Notes: generated by a model from the letters alone, not told the origin. DNA of 64,000 nt from an uncultured Flavipsychrobacter sp. (GCA_964588295.1 CAZPOT010000003.1:135785-199784), one strand, 5' to 3'; positions 10,289 to 21,514 are shown, numbered from the stretch's first letter. Program-made: numbers and translations.

Positions 10289-11668
10289 TTACAGTTTTAC
10301 ATGGAATATCTTCAGTATGTCCAGGCCATTTACATACACCATTAGTGCCAGTAAGATAACAAGGCCTACGGTTGTGGCTTTTTCCATTACTTTCTCGCTC
10401 ACCTTTTTACCCGTCAGCATTTCAAAGAGCAGGAAGATGACATAACCGCCGTCCAGGCCCGGTATTGGCAAGAGGTTCATAAAGGCCAGTGCTATGGAAA
10501 TAAATGCGGTAAGACTAAGGAAGTCGAGCCAGTTGAACTCAGGTGAATACATTTTGCCCATGGAGTAGAAACCACCCATACTCTGGCTAACCTTCACCTC
10601 TTTAGAGCCAAACAATTTGAACTGCGCAACATATAGTTGCAGCTTATTCCAGGCTGTTGTAAAGCCCTTGCCTACAGCCTCTATAGGGGTATATTTTACC
10701 TGCTTGTAATATTTATCCGACATAGCCCACCCCAAACCGAGAATGGAATCTTTAGGTATCACGGTACGTATGGTATCCATGGCCCCGTTACGCACAAAAG
10801 CAATGGTGAGCGGCTTGCCGTAATTGGCAGTCTTTATATCGCTGAACTCGTTATTGAACAGTACGCTCTGCCCGTTGATGTTAATGATGCTATCGCCTTT
10901 GCGGAACCCGGCTTTCTCGGCAATGCTCTTCGCAAATACGCTATCCACCACAGCCGGCGTACGCGGCGACATGATATTGTTCCTGTCTGCCTTTATCAGT
11001 TTGCTTATGGTGCCGAACGGGATAGGTATAGTAACGTCCTTGCCGTCGCGGGTTACCTCTATAGTACCGTCTTTTTTGTGCAGGATCAGTGCCAGTGGTA
11101 TCTCGTTGAAACGGGTGATCGGCTTACCATCTATGGCACGTATCTTATCGCCGTTGCGCAGACCTATGCTCTGGCCAATGCTGTCTACGGCAATACCGTT
11201 TGTTACACGTTCCATGGGAATGTAGGCTTCGCCCCACACACCAAATATCACCATATATAGCACAATAGCTATCAGCACATTCATGATGATCCCACCCAGC
11301 ATGATGAACAGGCGCTGCCACGCCTTTTTGGCGCGAAACTCCCACGGCTGCGGCGGCAATGCAAGCGCTTCTTTATCCATACTCTCATCTACCATACCAG
11401 ATATCTTTACATAGCCGCCCAGCGGGAACCAGCCGATACCATATTCAGTATCGCCCTTGGTCTTCTTGAATAAAGCAAAATTGAACAGACCGGAGAAGGG
11501 GAAGAGGAAGTCGAAAAATAGATAGAACTTTTCTACACGCGTTTTGAACAGGCGGGCAAAAAAGAAGTGTCCCCCTTCGTGCAGTACTATGAGGAATGAC
11601 AGGCCAGCCAGCAGCTGTAACGCCTGTATAAGGCCGCCCGACATTAAAAACATTGAGTTTAAGAACAT
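10289..11668 (-). CDS. rseP: RIP site-2 metalloprotease
   Basis: HEGGHF zinc motif in TM1, PDZ domains, C-terminal LDGG motif. Confidence 0.9.
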   Translation of the reverse strand: MFLNSMFLMSGGLIQALQLLAGLSFLIVLHEGGHFFFARLFKTRVEKFYLFFDFLFPFSGLFNFALFKKTKGDTEYGIGWFPLGGYVKISGMVDESMDKEALALPPQPWEFRAKKAWQRLFIMLGGIIMNVLIAIVLYMVIFGVWGEAYIPMERVTNGIAVDSIGQSIGLRNGDKIRAIDGKPITRFNEIPLALILHKKDGTIEVTRDGKDVTIPIPFGTISKLIKADRNNIMSPRTPAVVDSVFAKSIAEKAGFRKGDSIININGQSVLFNNEFSDIKTANYGKPLTIAFVRNGAMDTIRTVIPKDSILGLGWAMSDKYYKQVKYTPIEAVGKGFTTAWNKLQLYVAQFKLFGSKEVKVSQSMGGFYSMGKMYSPEFNWLDFLSLTAFISIALAFMNLLPIPGLDGGYVIFLLFEMLTGKKVSEKVMEKATTVGLVILLALMVYVNGLDILKIFHVKL

Positions 11669-11686
11669 GATATCGTAATAGTAAGA

Positions 11687-12856
11687 CTAGTAAATGGACA
11701 ATTGGCTTTTCTTAAGGAATTCTGTTACCTGCACGCGTGCTTCACGATCGGTCTCTACATAATCTTCAATGGTTGGCTGCTCAATAAAGGCTACACTTTC
11801 CAGCGTCTTCTCTATCATTTCACTCATTTCCAGGAAGCCTACCTTGTTCTGCAGGAAGGCATTCACCACCACCTCGTTGGCCGCGTTAAGCACGCACGGC
11901 GCATTACCGCCTTTCCGCATAGAATCTATAGCCAGCTGCAGGTTGCGGAATGTTTTGGAATCGGGAGCCTCAAAAGACAGCTTAGAGAAGTCTTTAAAAT
12001 CGAGGCGCTTGTAATTATTGTAAATACGCTCAGGGTAAGCTATAGCGTACTGTATAGGCAACTTCATATCGGGCAGGCCCATCTGCGCCTTTACAGATCC
12101 ATCTGTAAACTGCACCATGGAATGGATAACAGATTGTGGGTGTATGATTACGTCTATCTGGTCGTCCTTCAGCCCGAACAACCATTTGGCCTCTATTATC
12201 TCCAGGCCCTTATTCATAAGGGTGGCACTATCTATAGTTATTTTGGCACCCATTACCCAGTTAGGGTGCTGTAAGGCATGCGATGCTTTTACATTGACCA
12301 GGTAATTGGGCTTACGGCCCAGGAAAGGACCTCCTGATGCGGTGAGTATCACTTTTTCTACCTTGTTCAGGTCTTCACCCACCAGGCATTGGAATATGGC
12401 AGAATGCTCGCTGTCTACCGGAATGATAGGCACGCGTTTTTCTGCAGCACGACGCATTACCAGTTCGCCTGCAACAACCAGCGTTTCTTTGTTAGCCAAT
12501 GCTATACGCTTACCAGCATCTATAGCGGCTAAAATAGAATGCAGCCCGGCAAAACCCAGCACTGCGCCTAAAACTGTATCTACACTATCCCACTGCACCA
12601 CTTCAGAAAGGGCTTTGGCACCGCCAAACACCTTTATAGGTAGCATCATCAGGGCATCCTTTACTTCTTTATATTTAGATTCGTCGGTAACTACAACTGC
12701 ATTGGGTTTAAACCTTTTAGCCTGCTCTATAAGCAAAGCAGCATTGCTGTGCGCACTCAATACCTCAACTTCAAATAACGATGGGTTAGCCGCAACAACA
12801 TCGAGTGCCTGCGTACCGATAGAGCCGGTAGATCCCAAAATGGCTAAACGCTTCAT
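11687..12856 (-). CDS. dxr: 1-deoxy-D-xylulose-5-phosphate reductoisomerase
   Basis: N-terminal NADPH site LGSTGSIGTQALDV, 389 aa, Dxr similarity throughout. Confidence 0.95.
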   Translation of the reverse strand: MKRLAILGSTGSIGTQALDVVAANPSLFEVEVLSAHSNAALLIEQAKRFKPNAVVVTDESKYKEVKDALMMLPIKVFGGAKALSEVVQWDSVDTVLGAVLGFAGLHSILAAIDAGKRIALANKETLVVAGELVMRRAAEKRVPIIPVDSEHSAIFQCLVGEDLNKVEKVILTASGGPFLGRKPNYLVNVKASHALQHPNWVMGAKITIDSATLMNKGLEIIEAKWLFGLKDDQIDVIIHPQSVIHSMVQFTDGSVKAQMGLPDMKLPIQYAIAYPERIYNNYKRLDFKDFSKLSFEAPDSKTFRNLQLAIDSMRKGGNAPCVLNAANEVVVNAFLQNKVGFLEMSEMIEKTLESVAFIEQPTIEDYVETDREARVQVTEFLKKSQLSIY

Positions 12857-13062
12857 AATTGCTGCAATATTAACCGTTTTTTGGCGGAAAGCGGTGTGAC
12901 CGTTTTAAAATGTTGTGTGAAAGTGGGCATTACGGCTACAGGATTTTAGGGCCTATGACATGCACAAATATAAAAATATATCAATTCCATTTCAGGCAGA
13001 TCATCGTCAACGTCGCCAGTATATGCAAATGAAATTAACTGTCTGGTGAGTTCTAAACCCGA

Positions 13063-13092
13063 ACGGCTATCCATAAGGATAGTCGTTTTCTT
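13063..13092. terminator. hairpin plus T-tract downstream of SCO1-like gene
   Basis: ACGGCTATCC-ataa-GGATAGTCGT followed by TTTTCTTTAT. Confidence 0.35.
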
Positions 13093-13108
13093 TATATAAA
13101 GCCTTTAA

Positions 13109-13747
13109 TTATTCTTTTTCCTGCAGCAATGCATTGATATCGCTGATCAGCTTGCCAACGTCATTATTTTCGAGACCGTTATAAAAGCCCCTTAGCCTGC
13201 CATACCTGTCTACCAATACGTAGTGCTCATCGTGTATAAAATCGTCTTCTATTTTGGTGCCGGCGGCAGTATCTTCTGCATTAATCAGGTAGCTATACCT
13301 GGCCATATCATACAGTTTCTTTTTGTCTCCCGTCAAAAACATCCATTGGCTGGCATCTGCGTCAAAGCGCAGGCTATATGCCTTCAGTGCCGCTACAGTA
13401 TCCTTAACCGGGTCCACCGTATGCGATAATATTAGCACATCTTTATTCCCCTTAAAGGCCTTATACACCTTGGTCATGTTCTCGTTCATCTTCGGGCATA
13501 TGCCTTTGCAGGTGGCAAAGAAATACGACACTACATATATTTTACCTTTTACGTCGGCATTGGTAATGGTGCGCCCGTCCTGGTTCACAAAAGAAAAATC
13601 CTGAACGTGATGTCCCTGGTTATCACCCACAATAGGCAGCACAAGCTTTTTTTGTTCGTGGGTAACCTTATAATAGTAGCCAAGGAACGCAATACCCAGC
13701 ACCATAAAGAATATGATCAGTATAATGCCCGTCTTTTTGTTATTCAT
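13109..13747 (-). CDS. SCO1/SenC family thioredoxin-like copper chaperone
   Basis: N-terminal TM anchor, CxxxCP motif (CKGICP), thioredoxin fold length. Confidence 0.8.
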   Translation of the reverse strand: MNNKKTGIILIIFFMVLGIAFLGYYYKVTHEQKKLVLPIVGDNQGHHVQDFSFVNQDGRTITNADVKGKIYVVSYFFATCKGICPKMNENMTKVYKAFKGNKDVLILSHTVDPVKDTVAALKAYSLRFDADASQWMFLTGDKKKLYDMARYSYLINAEDTAAGTKIEDDFIHDEHYVLVDRYGRLRGFYNGLENNDVGKLISDINALLQEKE

Positions 13748-13845
13748 GGCTGCAAAATTAGCCCTTATCCTTCAGAATAACACTTACACTTAGCTGCCGC
13801 TTACTATTAGTATCGGCGCTTTTACCTAACAAAATGTGAAAACGA

Positions 13846-14817
13846 TCAGAACAGGCTCAGATATTGCGCCCGCTCAGGACCATAACCGTATTCCTTTTTC
13901 CGGCCAAAGTCAAACCCCAGCACTACCTCGTGCGCACCGCCGGCATATCCATTGAGCGATGACACCAGGTAGTCGTAAGCGTACCCTATATTGATATTGC
14001 GGGTCACCTGCAGGTTAAACATCGCTTCAAACGATTTATCTGTGCGGTAGGTCAAACCAAACATCATCCGTTGAATGGCAATGAACGACAGGTTGATATC
14101 GGCATTAAATGGCAGGCTATACTGCCCGTCTCCCTGGTAGCGCGCTACAAACTGGGGCAGTATATCCAGGTTTTCGCTGCTGTGGAACACATAGCCACCA
14201 CCCAGGTAGTAGCCACGCACCTGCTTGCCCCGTATGTTCTTCAGGTTGGCCTTTTCATTTTTATCATAGTAATTCTCTATAAGATTGGGGATGCCAAAAC
14301 CTGCATAATAGTTTTCTCCATGCCAGAAACCTCCGAGGCCGAAGTTAAAAAGAGATGCGTTATTTACATTCTTTACCAGGTTAGGATCATTGGCCTGCGA
14401 CGGATTAAGTGTAGCGTAATTGGCCGAATACAACTGCGTGCCCACCCTGAAGCCAAAAGACAATATAGAGCCATTATCGGTTTTAAAACGGAAAGTGTAA
14501 TAACCAAAAACGTCCTGCTTTTTTTCCACTCCAATCTCTTCACTCGTCACAGTAAGCCCTATGCCCGTCTGCTTCACGTCAACATCCCGGCTGCCAATAG
14601 CCGTCTCGAAGGATATGCCCATCGTCTTGGGCGCCCCCTCTATCCCACTCCACTGGTCGCGGTAATAACCACCAATAGAAGTTACTTCTTTATTAGCTGT
14701 GTAAGCAGGATTATAGTACATTTTATTGTACATGAACATGGTAGTGTGCGACTCTATCTGCGCAGAGGCGGTGTGATAAAACGATAACAATATGGCCGCA
14801 GTGATGATTTTTTTCAC
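13846..14817 (-). CDS. type IX secretion system membrane protein PorP/SprF family
   Basis: signal peptide, about 320 aa beta-rich protein with PorP/SprF-like composition. Confidence 0.55.
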   Translation of the reverse strand: MKKIITAAILLSFYHTASAQIESHTTMFMYNKMYYNPAYTANKEVTSIGGYYRDQWSGIEGAPKTMGISFETAIGSRDVDVKQTGIGLTVTSEEIGVEKKQDVFGYYTFRFKTDNGSILSFGFRVGTQLYSANYATLNPSQANDPNLVKNVNNASLFNFGLGGFWHGENYYAGFGIPNLIENYYDKNEKANLKNIRGKQVRGYYLGGGYVFHSSENLDILPQFVARYQGDGQYSLPFNADINLSFIAIQRMMFGLTYRTDKSFEAMFNLQVTRNINIGYAYDYLVSSLNGYAGGAHEVVLGFDFGRKKEYGYGPERAQYLSLF

Positions 14818-14909
14818 AGGATTCTATTATAGTGGAGTAAATATAGACTATACCTTAATAAATATCGAACAATTTGTCACCAACGGTCGGTTTTGTTCAC
14901 CAACGGTAG

Positions 14910-15314
14910 CTAACTCTTATCCACAGAGAACTTACCCGGCCCTATAAACAGGAAGCCGATATACACAAAACATAATTCTATCGCATGCGATGCTTCCCCC
15001 ACGCCATCGCCGGAATTAAGGTGCTGTAACGTAGCTACTACAAACAAAAATATCATGAACAGGCTCACCATCCTGAACCAGAGTCCCAGCACAGAGAACA
15101 ATCCCCCAACCGTTTCGGTAAGCGCTGCCATAAAGCCCCAGAACGTGGGCCAGAAGTGTATATGCAACGACCCCATGGCCTCGCCCAGCCCCGCCCATTT
15201 TTCAGGATGCGTTATTTTCGGCAATCCATGGTATATCATCATAGCGCCAACACCTGTGCGCATAATAAATAAACCTGCATTTCTGTAATTGCCTAACTGT
15301 CCTAATAGTGCCAT
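14910..15314 (-). CDS. DoxX family membrane protein
   Basis: 134 aa, 4 TM helices, DoxX-like N-terminus (FIMRTGVGAMMIYHG). Confidence 0.7.
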   Translation of the reverse strand: MALLGQLGNYRNAGLFIMRTGVGAMMIYHGLPKITHPEKWAGLGEAMGSLHIHFWPTFWGFMAALTETVGGLFSVLGLWFRMVSLFMIFLFVVATLQHLNSGDGVGEASHAIELCFVYIGFLFIGPGKFSVDKS

Positions 15315-15345
15315 GGATGTAAATTTCTATTGTAAATGTACGCCT

Positions 15346-17517
15346 TTACTGCTTTGGCAAAATAACTGAGAACGTAGTTCCCTTACCTATTTCGCTTTCT
15401 ACCGCTATACTGCCGCCGTTCGCTTTAATGAACTCATAGCACAGCATTAACCCGAGACCAGTACCCCTTTCCCCTGCAGTACCATAAGTGCTGATGCCCG
15501 ATGCGGTAAACAGTTTGGCCACCTGCTGTTTGTCCATACCTACTCCCGTATCAGTAACCGATATCACCACCTGGTCACGCTGCTCAGCCGCCTCCAGCTT
15601 TACAATGCCGCCACTGCCGGTAAACTTAAGTGCATTGTTCAGCAAATTGCGGATCACCACATCTACCTGCCCTGCATCGGCAAATGCCCACACCTTTCCG
15701 TCAATATTGTTTTGCAGGGTAATGTGTTTGGCATTGGCGGTAGCCCCAACCAGCAGCAAATTACTATCTACTATTTGTTTCAGATCTATCTGCTCCCTGT
15801 TAATTGCCTTTACCCCCCGCATGTTCCCGGCCGACCAGTGCAGCAGGTTATCAAGCAGCATATTAACCGCACCCAGTTGCCTGTTGATCTCCGGCTTTAT
15901 CATATCCAGGTCCTCTTGCTCCAGGTCGCTATCCAGTAGAGATATAGCGCTGGTCACCGAAGCTATAGGCCCACGCAGATCATGGGATAAAACAGAGAAC
16001 GTCTTGTCTTTAAACTGGTTCAGCTCATTCAGTTCTGCTGCCTGTACCGATAGCGCATCGCGCTGTTCCGTAATTTGCTGCCTGTTTCTCCGCTCCGCCC
16101 TCCTGCTTACAATAAGCAGTACAATTACCACGGCCAGCAGTAGCAACCCCGAGGCCAGCCCCCACGTTATGGCCCGTTGCTTTTCCGCATTACCTTTCCT
16201 TATCAGGTTATCCTTGTTCAGCAATTTTATCTCGGCTTCCTTCTTATTCAACTCATAGTCTCTTTGCAGTTGCTGTACCCGCATCAGGTTATCTTCATTA
16301 AAAATACTGTCCCGGTATTCCAGGTGCACGTGCATATATTTAAGTGCATTGGCATAGTCCTTATTTTGCTCATATGCCTGCGATAAGAGCTTCGATATTT
16401 CAAACAATTCCCGTGTCACCTTCCCCTCCAGCATTACATCATATGCCTTTAGCAGGTAGCCTATGGCTTCCGTAGGCCGGCCTTTTTTCATAGCCACCTG
16501 GCCCATCCCCCTGTTACAAAAAGCCGCCGACATAGGATCGCCGCTCTTCTGTATCTCCTGTAGTGCAGCAGCGTAACAACGGCCTGCAGAGTCGGCCTGG
16601 CCCATACCGTTTAGGCACTCGCCCATGTTCAGCAGTGCTATCCCTTTCCAGAACGGGTTTTTAATAGAATCGGCCAGCTTATACGCGCTGCGGTAAGCCT
16701 CAAGGCCTTTCGCAAACTCCCTCATCTGGCCGTATACTGCACCAGTAGAGGTATAGTTAACGATCACCTCCTGGATATCATCACCAGCCTTAAATATAGC
16801 ATTACTCTTCCCGATGCTTTCCAGCGCCTTGGGGTAATTGCCCAGTAAAGAATAAATGTCCGCCATATCGCGGTGGGCTTCGCCTTGCCCCTTCACATAT
16901 TTATGGGCCTCGTAAATGGCAAGTGCCGACAGATATTCGTTCAATCCCTCTGTGTATAGCGTCTTATCGCGGTAAAGGTCGCCCGCGCGCAGGTGCGCGG
17001 TAGCTTCCTGTTCCCAGTAGCCCAGCTTATGGCTGAGTGCAATGCACTTATTGGCTGTTGCCAGTCCCTCATCCAGCTTATTAAGACGGCCGCAGATCAT
17101 GATCATCTCCAGCAGCAGCTTGCACTCCAGCCTTGTAAAACCATATTGGCGCACTACAGTCATAGACCGGGTGTAATAGACCTGGCCAGAGTCGTATTTG
17201 TTCAGTGTGCTATATGCTGCACCGGCCTGGAAAAGTGCTTCAGCCTCCCCTTTGTGATAACCGCACTTGCGGGAGATCTCCAGCGCCTTGAACGCTGCAG
17301 GCAACATAGAATCCGGTGCCGCATCCTTGTACACGCACGTTATATCTATCAACACTTCCACCCGCGTGGTATCGGGTAATCTATACTCCAGTAAAACTGC
17401 TTTAAGGCTATCCAGTTTCTGCGCGCGGCTGCTGTAAGATGCAGCAAGAACTAAGATCAGCATCGCTGCATAACTGCAAACGCTGGTATACGATGCCCGA
17501 AATATTGTTTTCATCAT
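15346..17517 (-). CDS. TPR-repeat sensor histidine kinase
   Basis: signal peptide, multiple TPR repeats, single TM, coiled coil, HisKA (LSHDLRGP) and HATPase_c (DTGVGM, GTGLGL). Confidence 0.85.
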   Translation of the reverse strand: MMKTIFRASYTSVCSYAAMLILVLAASYSSRAQKLDSLKAVLLEYRLPDTTRVEVLIDITCVYKDAAPDSMLPAAFKALEISRKCGYHKGEAEALFQAGAAYSTLNKYDSGQVYYTRSMTVVRQYGFTRLECKLLLEMIMICGRLNKLDEGLATANKCIALSHKLGYWEQEATAHLRAGDLYRDKTLYTEGLNEYLSALAIYEAHKYVKGQGEAHRDMADIYSLLGNYPKALESIGKSNAIFKAGDDIQEVIVNYTSTGAVYGQMREFAKGLEAYRSAYKLADSIKNPFWKGIALLNMGECLNGMGQADSAGRCYAAALQEIQKSGDPMSAAFCNRGMGQVAMKKGRPTEAIGYLLKAYDVMLEGKVTRELFEISKLLSQAYEQNKDYANALKYMHVHLEYRDSIFNEDNLMRVQQLQRDYELNKKEAEIKLLNKDNLIRKGNAEKQRAITWGLASGLLLLAVVIVLLIVSRRAERRNRQQITEQRDALSVQAAELNELNQFKDKTFSVLSHDLRGPIASVTSAISLLDSDLEQEDLDMIKPEINRQLGAVNMLLDNLLHWSAGNMRGVKAINREQIDLKQIVDSNLLLVGATANAKHITLQNNIDGKVWAFADAGQVDVVIRNLLNNALKFTGSGGIVKLEAAEQRDQVVISVTDTGVGMDKQQVAKLFTASGISTYGTAGERGTGLGLMLCYEFIKANGGSIAVESEIGKGTTFSVILPKQ

Positions 17518-17594
17518 TTGGTGCTCAACTTCAGAAGAGATATTATAGATGGGTATTCTGATGTGCTAAGTTAGGGCATACAGCCCTTCGTAAG

Positions 17595-18668
17595 TTATAT
17601 TTTCCGGAAACTCATCACTACGGGAAAGTGATCACTGTAGCCGTTCATCCATCTACTGCCCTTAAACGACCGCTTTGGATTTTCCCGGCTGCCCCTGCCC
17701 TGCTCCTTAATAAAATCTGGCGCGTATATATCTGCCCCCTCTTCCCTTAGCCTGCCGATACCGGTGAACCAGTTGCCTGATATCATTACCTGGTCAAACA
17801 AGTTCCAGTCTCCTTTAAATTGTTCGGTACCTCTGCCGCTCTTAAATATTTCGATAAACGGATCATACAGATCAGTCATTGCACCATTCTTACGCTCTGT
17901 AGCCCCCAGCCCTTCTGTAATGCTCACATCCGTTGGGTTATCATTAAAATCGCCCATTACTATTACCTTATGCCTCGGCTGCTTATCCAGCATGCTATTG
18001 ATCGCATTTTTCACAGTGCGGGCAGCCATCATCCGTTTCTCGTCACTGCCCGAATTGGCGTTCCTGCGCGATGTCCAGTGGTTCACAAAAACTTCTACCG
18101 TGTCTCCGTCAAGCACACCGGTTACATGCAGTATATCGCGGCTGTGCCCGCCGCTCTCAAATATCACGGGTATCGTCCCCTCTTCTATCAGCGCGAACAA
18201 TGCGGGATCATAAATAAATCCTGTGTTAATACCCCTTGGGTCTGGCCCTTTGTGGCAGATGTGCCGCAGATGGCTATTGCCCAGCTCAGGCTGGGCACAC
18301 AGGTCGGCCAGTACCTCATCGTTTTCTATCTCTGCCAGCCCCGCTATGGCCAGATCGCCGTTGTCCTTGTTGCTCATGCTTTGCAGCACGGTAGCTATGT
18401 TGTGTAGCTTCTGCTCGTACACCTCGCGTGTGTAGTGGTACTTACCTTCCGGTGTAAAATCATCATCCTGCTTGCCCGGCTGGTGATGATAGTCGAATAA
18501 ATTCTCGCAATTATAAAAAGCCACAGCTATATGTTCACTGCTGCGGGGCGTTACGCTCACCTCATCGTCACGATGCCTTGCCGGATCATGATCGGCCACC
18601 GGGCTGCAGGCCTGTAGCACGACCATAGCTATTAAATAGACGGATATGGAGATTCGGGAAATGCTCAT
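17595..18668 (-). CDS. endonuclease/exonuclease/phosphatase (EEP) family lipoprotein
   Basis: lipobox (LQACS), EEP catalytic-type motifs (NCENLFD, SDHFPV). Confidence 0.7.
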   Translation of the reverse strand: MSISRISISVYLIAMVVLQACSPVADHDPARHRDDEVSVTPRSSEHIAVAFYNCENLFDYHHQPGKQDDDFTPEGKYHYTREVYEQKLHNIATVLQSMSNKDNGDLAIAGLAEIENDEVLADLCAQPELGNSHLRHICHKGPDPRGINTGFIYDPALFALIEEGTIPVIFESGGHSRDILHVTGVLDGDTVEVFVNHWTSRRNANSGSDEKRMMAARTVKNAINSMLDKQPRHKVIVMGDFNDNPTDVSITEGLGATERKNGAMTDLYDPFIEIFKSGRGTEQFKGDWNLFDQVMISGNWFTGIGRLREEGADIYAPDFIKEQGRGSRENPKRSFKGSRWMNGYSDHFPVVMSFRKI

Positions 18669-18729
18669 TATGTTTGCTTATCAGTAAGCAAGAAACTTAT
18701 TTTATTATAAATCACAAAAAACAATTCTA

Positions 18730-19227
18730 ATGACACTTAACGAGCAGCTGATAGCCGAAATTAAAGTTGAAGCAGCTACTACCCGCAAATTGCTGGAACG
18801 CGTACCTGTAGAAAAAAACAGCTGGAAACCACACGAAAAATCTATGGCCCTCGGCAACCTGGCCGCCCACGTAGCCGAACTGCCCGGCTGGGTAACAGGC
18901 ACACTGACCACCGCAGAAATGGACTTTGCCAAGCGCGAATACAAACCATTTATTGCCGAAAAGAACGAAGACCTGGTAAACTTCTTCGATAATAAAGTAA
19001 ATGAAGCCATTGCAGCGCTTGAAAATGCGTCGCAGGAAGAATGGGGTAAGACCTGGACATTGCGCAGCGGAGATCATATCATTTTCACCATGCCGAAACC
19101 AGCAGTCATCCGCTCATTCGCTCTCAGCCACATGTACCACCACCGTGGCCAGCTGAGCGTATACCTGCGCCTCCTCGATATTCCTATCCCTGGCATGTAT
19201 GGCCCAAGCGCTGACGACAGAAATTAA
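18730..19227 (+). CDS. DinB/YfiT-like four-helix bundle protein
   Basis: 165 aa, DinB_2-like conserved His positions (HVAELPGW, HHRGQL). Confidence 0.7.
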   Translation: MTLNEQLIAEIKVEAATTRKLLERVPVEKNSWKPHEKSMALGNLAAHVAELPGWVTGTLTTAEMDFAKREYKPFIAEKNEDLVNFFDNKVNEAIAALENASQEEWGKTWTLRSGDHIIFTMPKPAVIRSFALSHMYHHRGQLSVYLRLLDIPIPGMYGPSADDRN

Positions 19228-19244
19228 TAACAGATAGATATTGT

Positions 19245-19277
19245 AAGCGGGCCTCGGTGCCCGCTTTTCTTTTTTTA
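19245..19277. terminator. rho-independent terminator (bidirectional) after DinB-like gene
   Basis: AAGCGGGC-ctcggt-GCCCGCTT then TTTCTTTTTTT. Confidence 0.55.
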
Positions 19278-20501
19278 ATGGTTCAGGGTGAGCCCCATCA
19301 ACAACCAGCCCATAACTATCAGCGGCGATGGCACCTTACTGAAGTATAGTAGGCAAAAGGTGATAATTACTACAACCACGTTGCTCCATTCGAACTGTAT
19401 ACTCTGGAACAATACTATACCCGACGCCCATATGATACCCACTATAGCCGCGTTGATACCTTCCAGGGCGCGGAATATGATCACGTGATGCTTCAGGTTC
19501 TCGTAAATAGGAAAGAAAAAGAACAACAATAATGTGCTGGGGATGAAAACCGCCGTGGTGGCCACAATACATCCCAACGTCTGCCATAACGGGCCATCGC
19601 TATGCATGGCCAGCCCGCCAACATATGAGCAAATAGAAAATACCGGCCCCGGTACCGCCTGCACCATACCGTAGCCCGTAAGTAGCTGCTGGGCTGTAAC
19701 GCCTGCCGCCACATGGTGTGTATGTGTATTTACGAACTGGTAATACATCATGGGCAATAAAGCCTGACCTCCACCAAACACTATGGCACCGAAACGATAA
19801 AAATTCTCAAAAATATTATAAATGCGCCCATGGCTCCACCCCTGCTGCCTCGATACCTCACTCACTATACCTGCCCCGATGAACAACAGGGCAAACAGCC
19901 ACAGGTTCACCCAGTTAATACGTTTGGGCTTTTGCTGCGTACTGGGGATACGCTTGTTACTGAAGTTACTTATAGTGCCCGACAGCAGAAGCAGGCAAGG
20001 GAATACCCAAGGCGACCTGAACATTACTGTAGCTACAATGCTGCCTATCATGATGCCCGTAGTAGCTATATGCTTTATTGATGAGGTCATCATCCGCGCA
20101 GCCGCATAGCATACAAACCCTACAGACATAGGTTGTATATACGCAAACAGGGTGGCAGGCAGGTTGCGTGCACCATGTAGCGCATCGGGACCAAAATAAA
20201 ATATAAGGAAAGAAAGCAATCCCATGATGAATGCCGCAGGGAACACCCATAGCAGCAAAGTGATGCAGGCCAGCGGGATACCACCCCTTTTCATAGCTAT
20301 GAGTGCCACCGTTTGTGTGGACGATGGACCGGGCAGCATCTGGCAGAAGGCATTATATTCCAATAATTCATCTTCTGTAACATCTTTACGCTTCTGCACG
20401 AAGGTCTTCATCATCATGCCCATATGCCCCTGCGGACCGCCAAAGGCAGTAAAGGAGTAGATGAATACAGACTTAAGAAATGGCACGTGGCGCAGCAGCA
20501 T
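19275..20501 (-). CDS. chrA: chromate efflux transporter
   Basis: duplicated CHR domains, FGGPxxH motif (FGGPQGHMGMM); start moved to internal Met (MLLRHVPFLK). Confidence 0.85.
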   Translation of the reverse strand: MLLRHVPFLKSVFIYSFTAFGGPQGHMGMMMKTFVQKRKDVTEDELLEYNAFCQMLPGPSSTQTVALIAMKRGGIPLACITLLLWVFPAAFIMGLLSFLIFYFGPDALHGARNLPATLFAYIQPMSVGFVCYAAARMMTSSIKHIATTGIMIGSIVATVMFRSPWVFPCLLLLSGTISNFSNKRIPSTQQKPKRINWVNLWLFALLFIGAGIVSEVSRQQGWSHGRIYNIFENFYRFGAIVFGGGQALLPMMYYQFVNTHTHHVAAGVTAQQLLTGYGMVQAVPGPVFSICSYVGGLAMHSDGPLWQTLGCIVATTAVFIPSTLLLFFFFPIYENLKHHVIIFRALEGINAAIVGIIWASGIVLFQSIQFEWSNVVVVIITFCLLYFSKVPSPLIVMGWLLMGLTLNH

Positions 20502-20863
20502 GCGGCGATAAATTTGGCAATGAAGATAGAAACAAAATGTGAAGGGAGGCAAAAACTACCCCTTTCTACCCCGGCAACAACATTTATTTAACCAGCTTTT
20601 TACCACTTCAGGCTATTTGCGTAGCTCTAGCCAGGCACACAACACAGCATTTTGCGCATTTACTTTTGTGTTTTGTATTTAATCGCTATCTTGCGGCACT
20701 AAAAATCATCTGGTATGAACAATCTGATGCTCAGCGCATTTTACGACAATATCAATAGGAATGTAGGCCCTACACTTATGTGGGTCTTCACTATACTGCT
20801 TACTATAGAACTCATCTACGTTATGGTGAAGTATCTGGGTGTAGGCAACAAAAAATAAGTTCC

Positions 20864-21514
20864 TTGTCTCATAATTCCGTTCATATTGCCCATATAAGGC
20901 AGGATTATACGCTGGCAGCACTTGATGAAAGTGTGACAGGTAATGATCCCGTAGCCTTTTTCCTGAAGTGGTTCAGCGAAGCGCAGGAAGCCCAGATATC
21001 TGAGGTGAACGCCATGACGCTGGCCACTGTAGATGAGGAGAATAAGCCGCATGCACGTATAGTACTGCTAAAGGGCATAGAGAACGGGGGATTTACCTTT
21101 TTTACCAATTACAATAGCGCCAAGGGGCAGCAGATAGATGCGCACGACAGCGCCGCTCTGCTTTTCTTTTGGAAAGAGCTGGAGCGCCAGGTGCGTATAG
21201 AAGGTGCCATCCATAAAATAGACGGCGAGGCCAGCGATACGTATTTCAACTCCCGCCCCGAAGGTAGCCGCATAGGTGCCTGGGCATCCCCGCAAAGCCA
21301 ACCTATTGCCGACAGGCAGATCCTCGACGACAATTACAAAAACTACCAGCAGCAGTTTGCCGATGGTAATATTCCCCGCCCTCCGCATTGGGGTGGCTAT
21401 GTGGTTATCCCACAAAGCATAGAATTCTGGCAGGGCCGTAGCAGCCGTATGCACGACCGTATCAAGTTTACCCGCAACGGCAATAGCTGGACAAAGAACA
21501 GGCTGGCACCGTAA
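20864..21514 (+). CDS. pdxH: pyridoxamine 5'-phosphate oxidase
   Basis: aligns to E. coli PdxH from IAHIRQDYT to the C-terminal RLAP; ORF track begins at a GTG at 20780, likely true start is TTG at 20864 (xSHNSVHIAHIRQDYT). Confidence 0.85.
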   Translation: MSHNSVHIAHIRQDYTLAALDESVTGNDPVAFFLKWFSEAQEAQISEVNAMTLATVDEENKPHARIVLLKGIENGGFTFFTNYNSAKGQQIDAHDSAALLFFWKELERQVRIEGAIHKIDGEASDTYFNSRPEGSRIGAWASPQSQPIADRQILDDNYKNYQQQFADGNIPRPPHWGGYVVIPQSIEFWQGRSSRMHDRIKFTRNGNSWTKNRLAP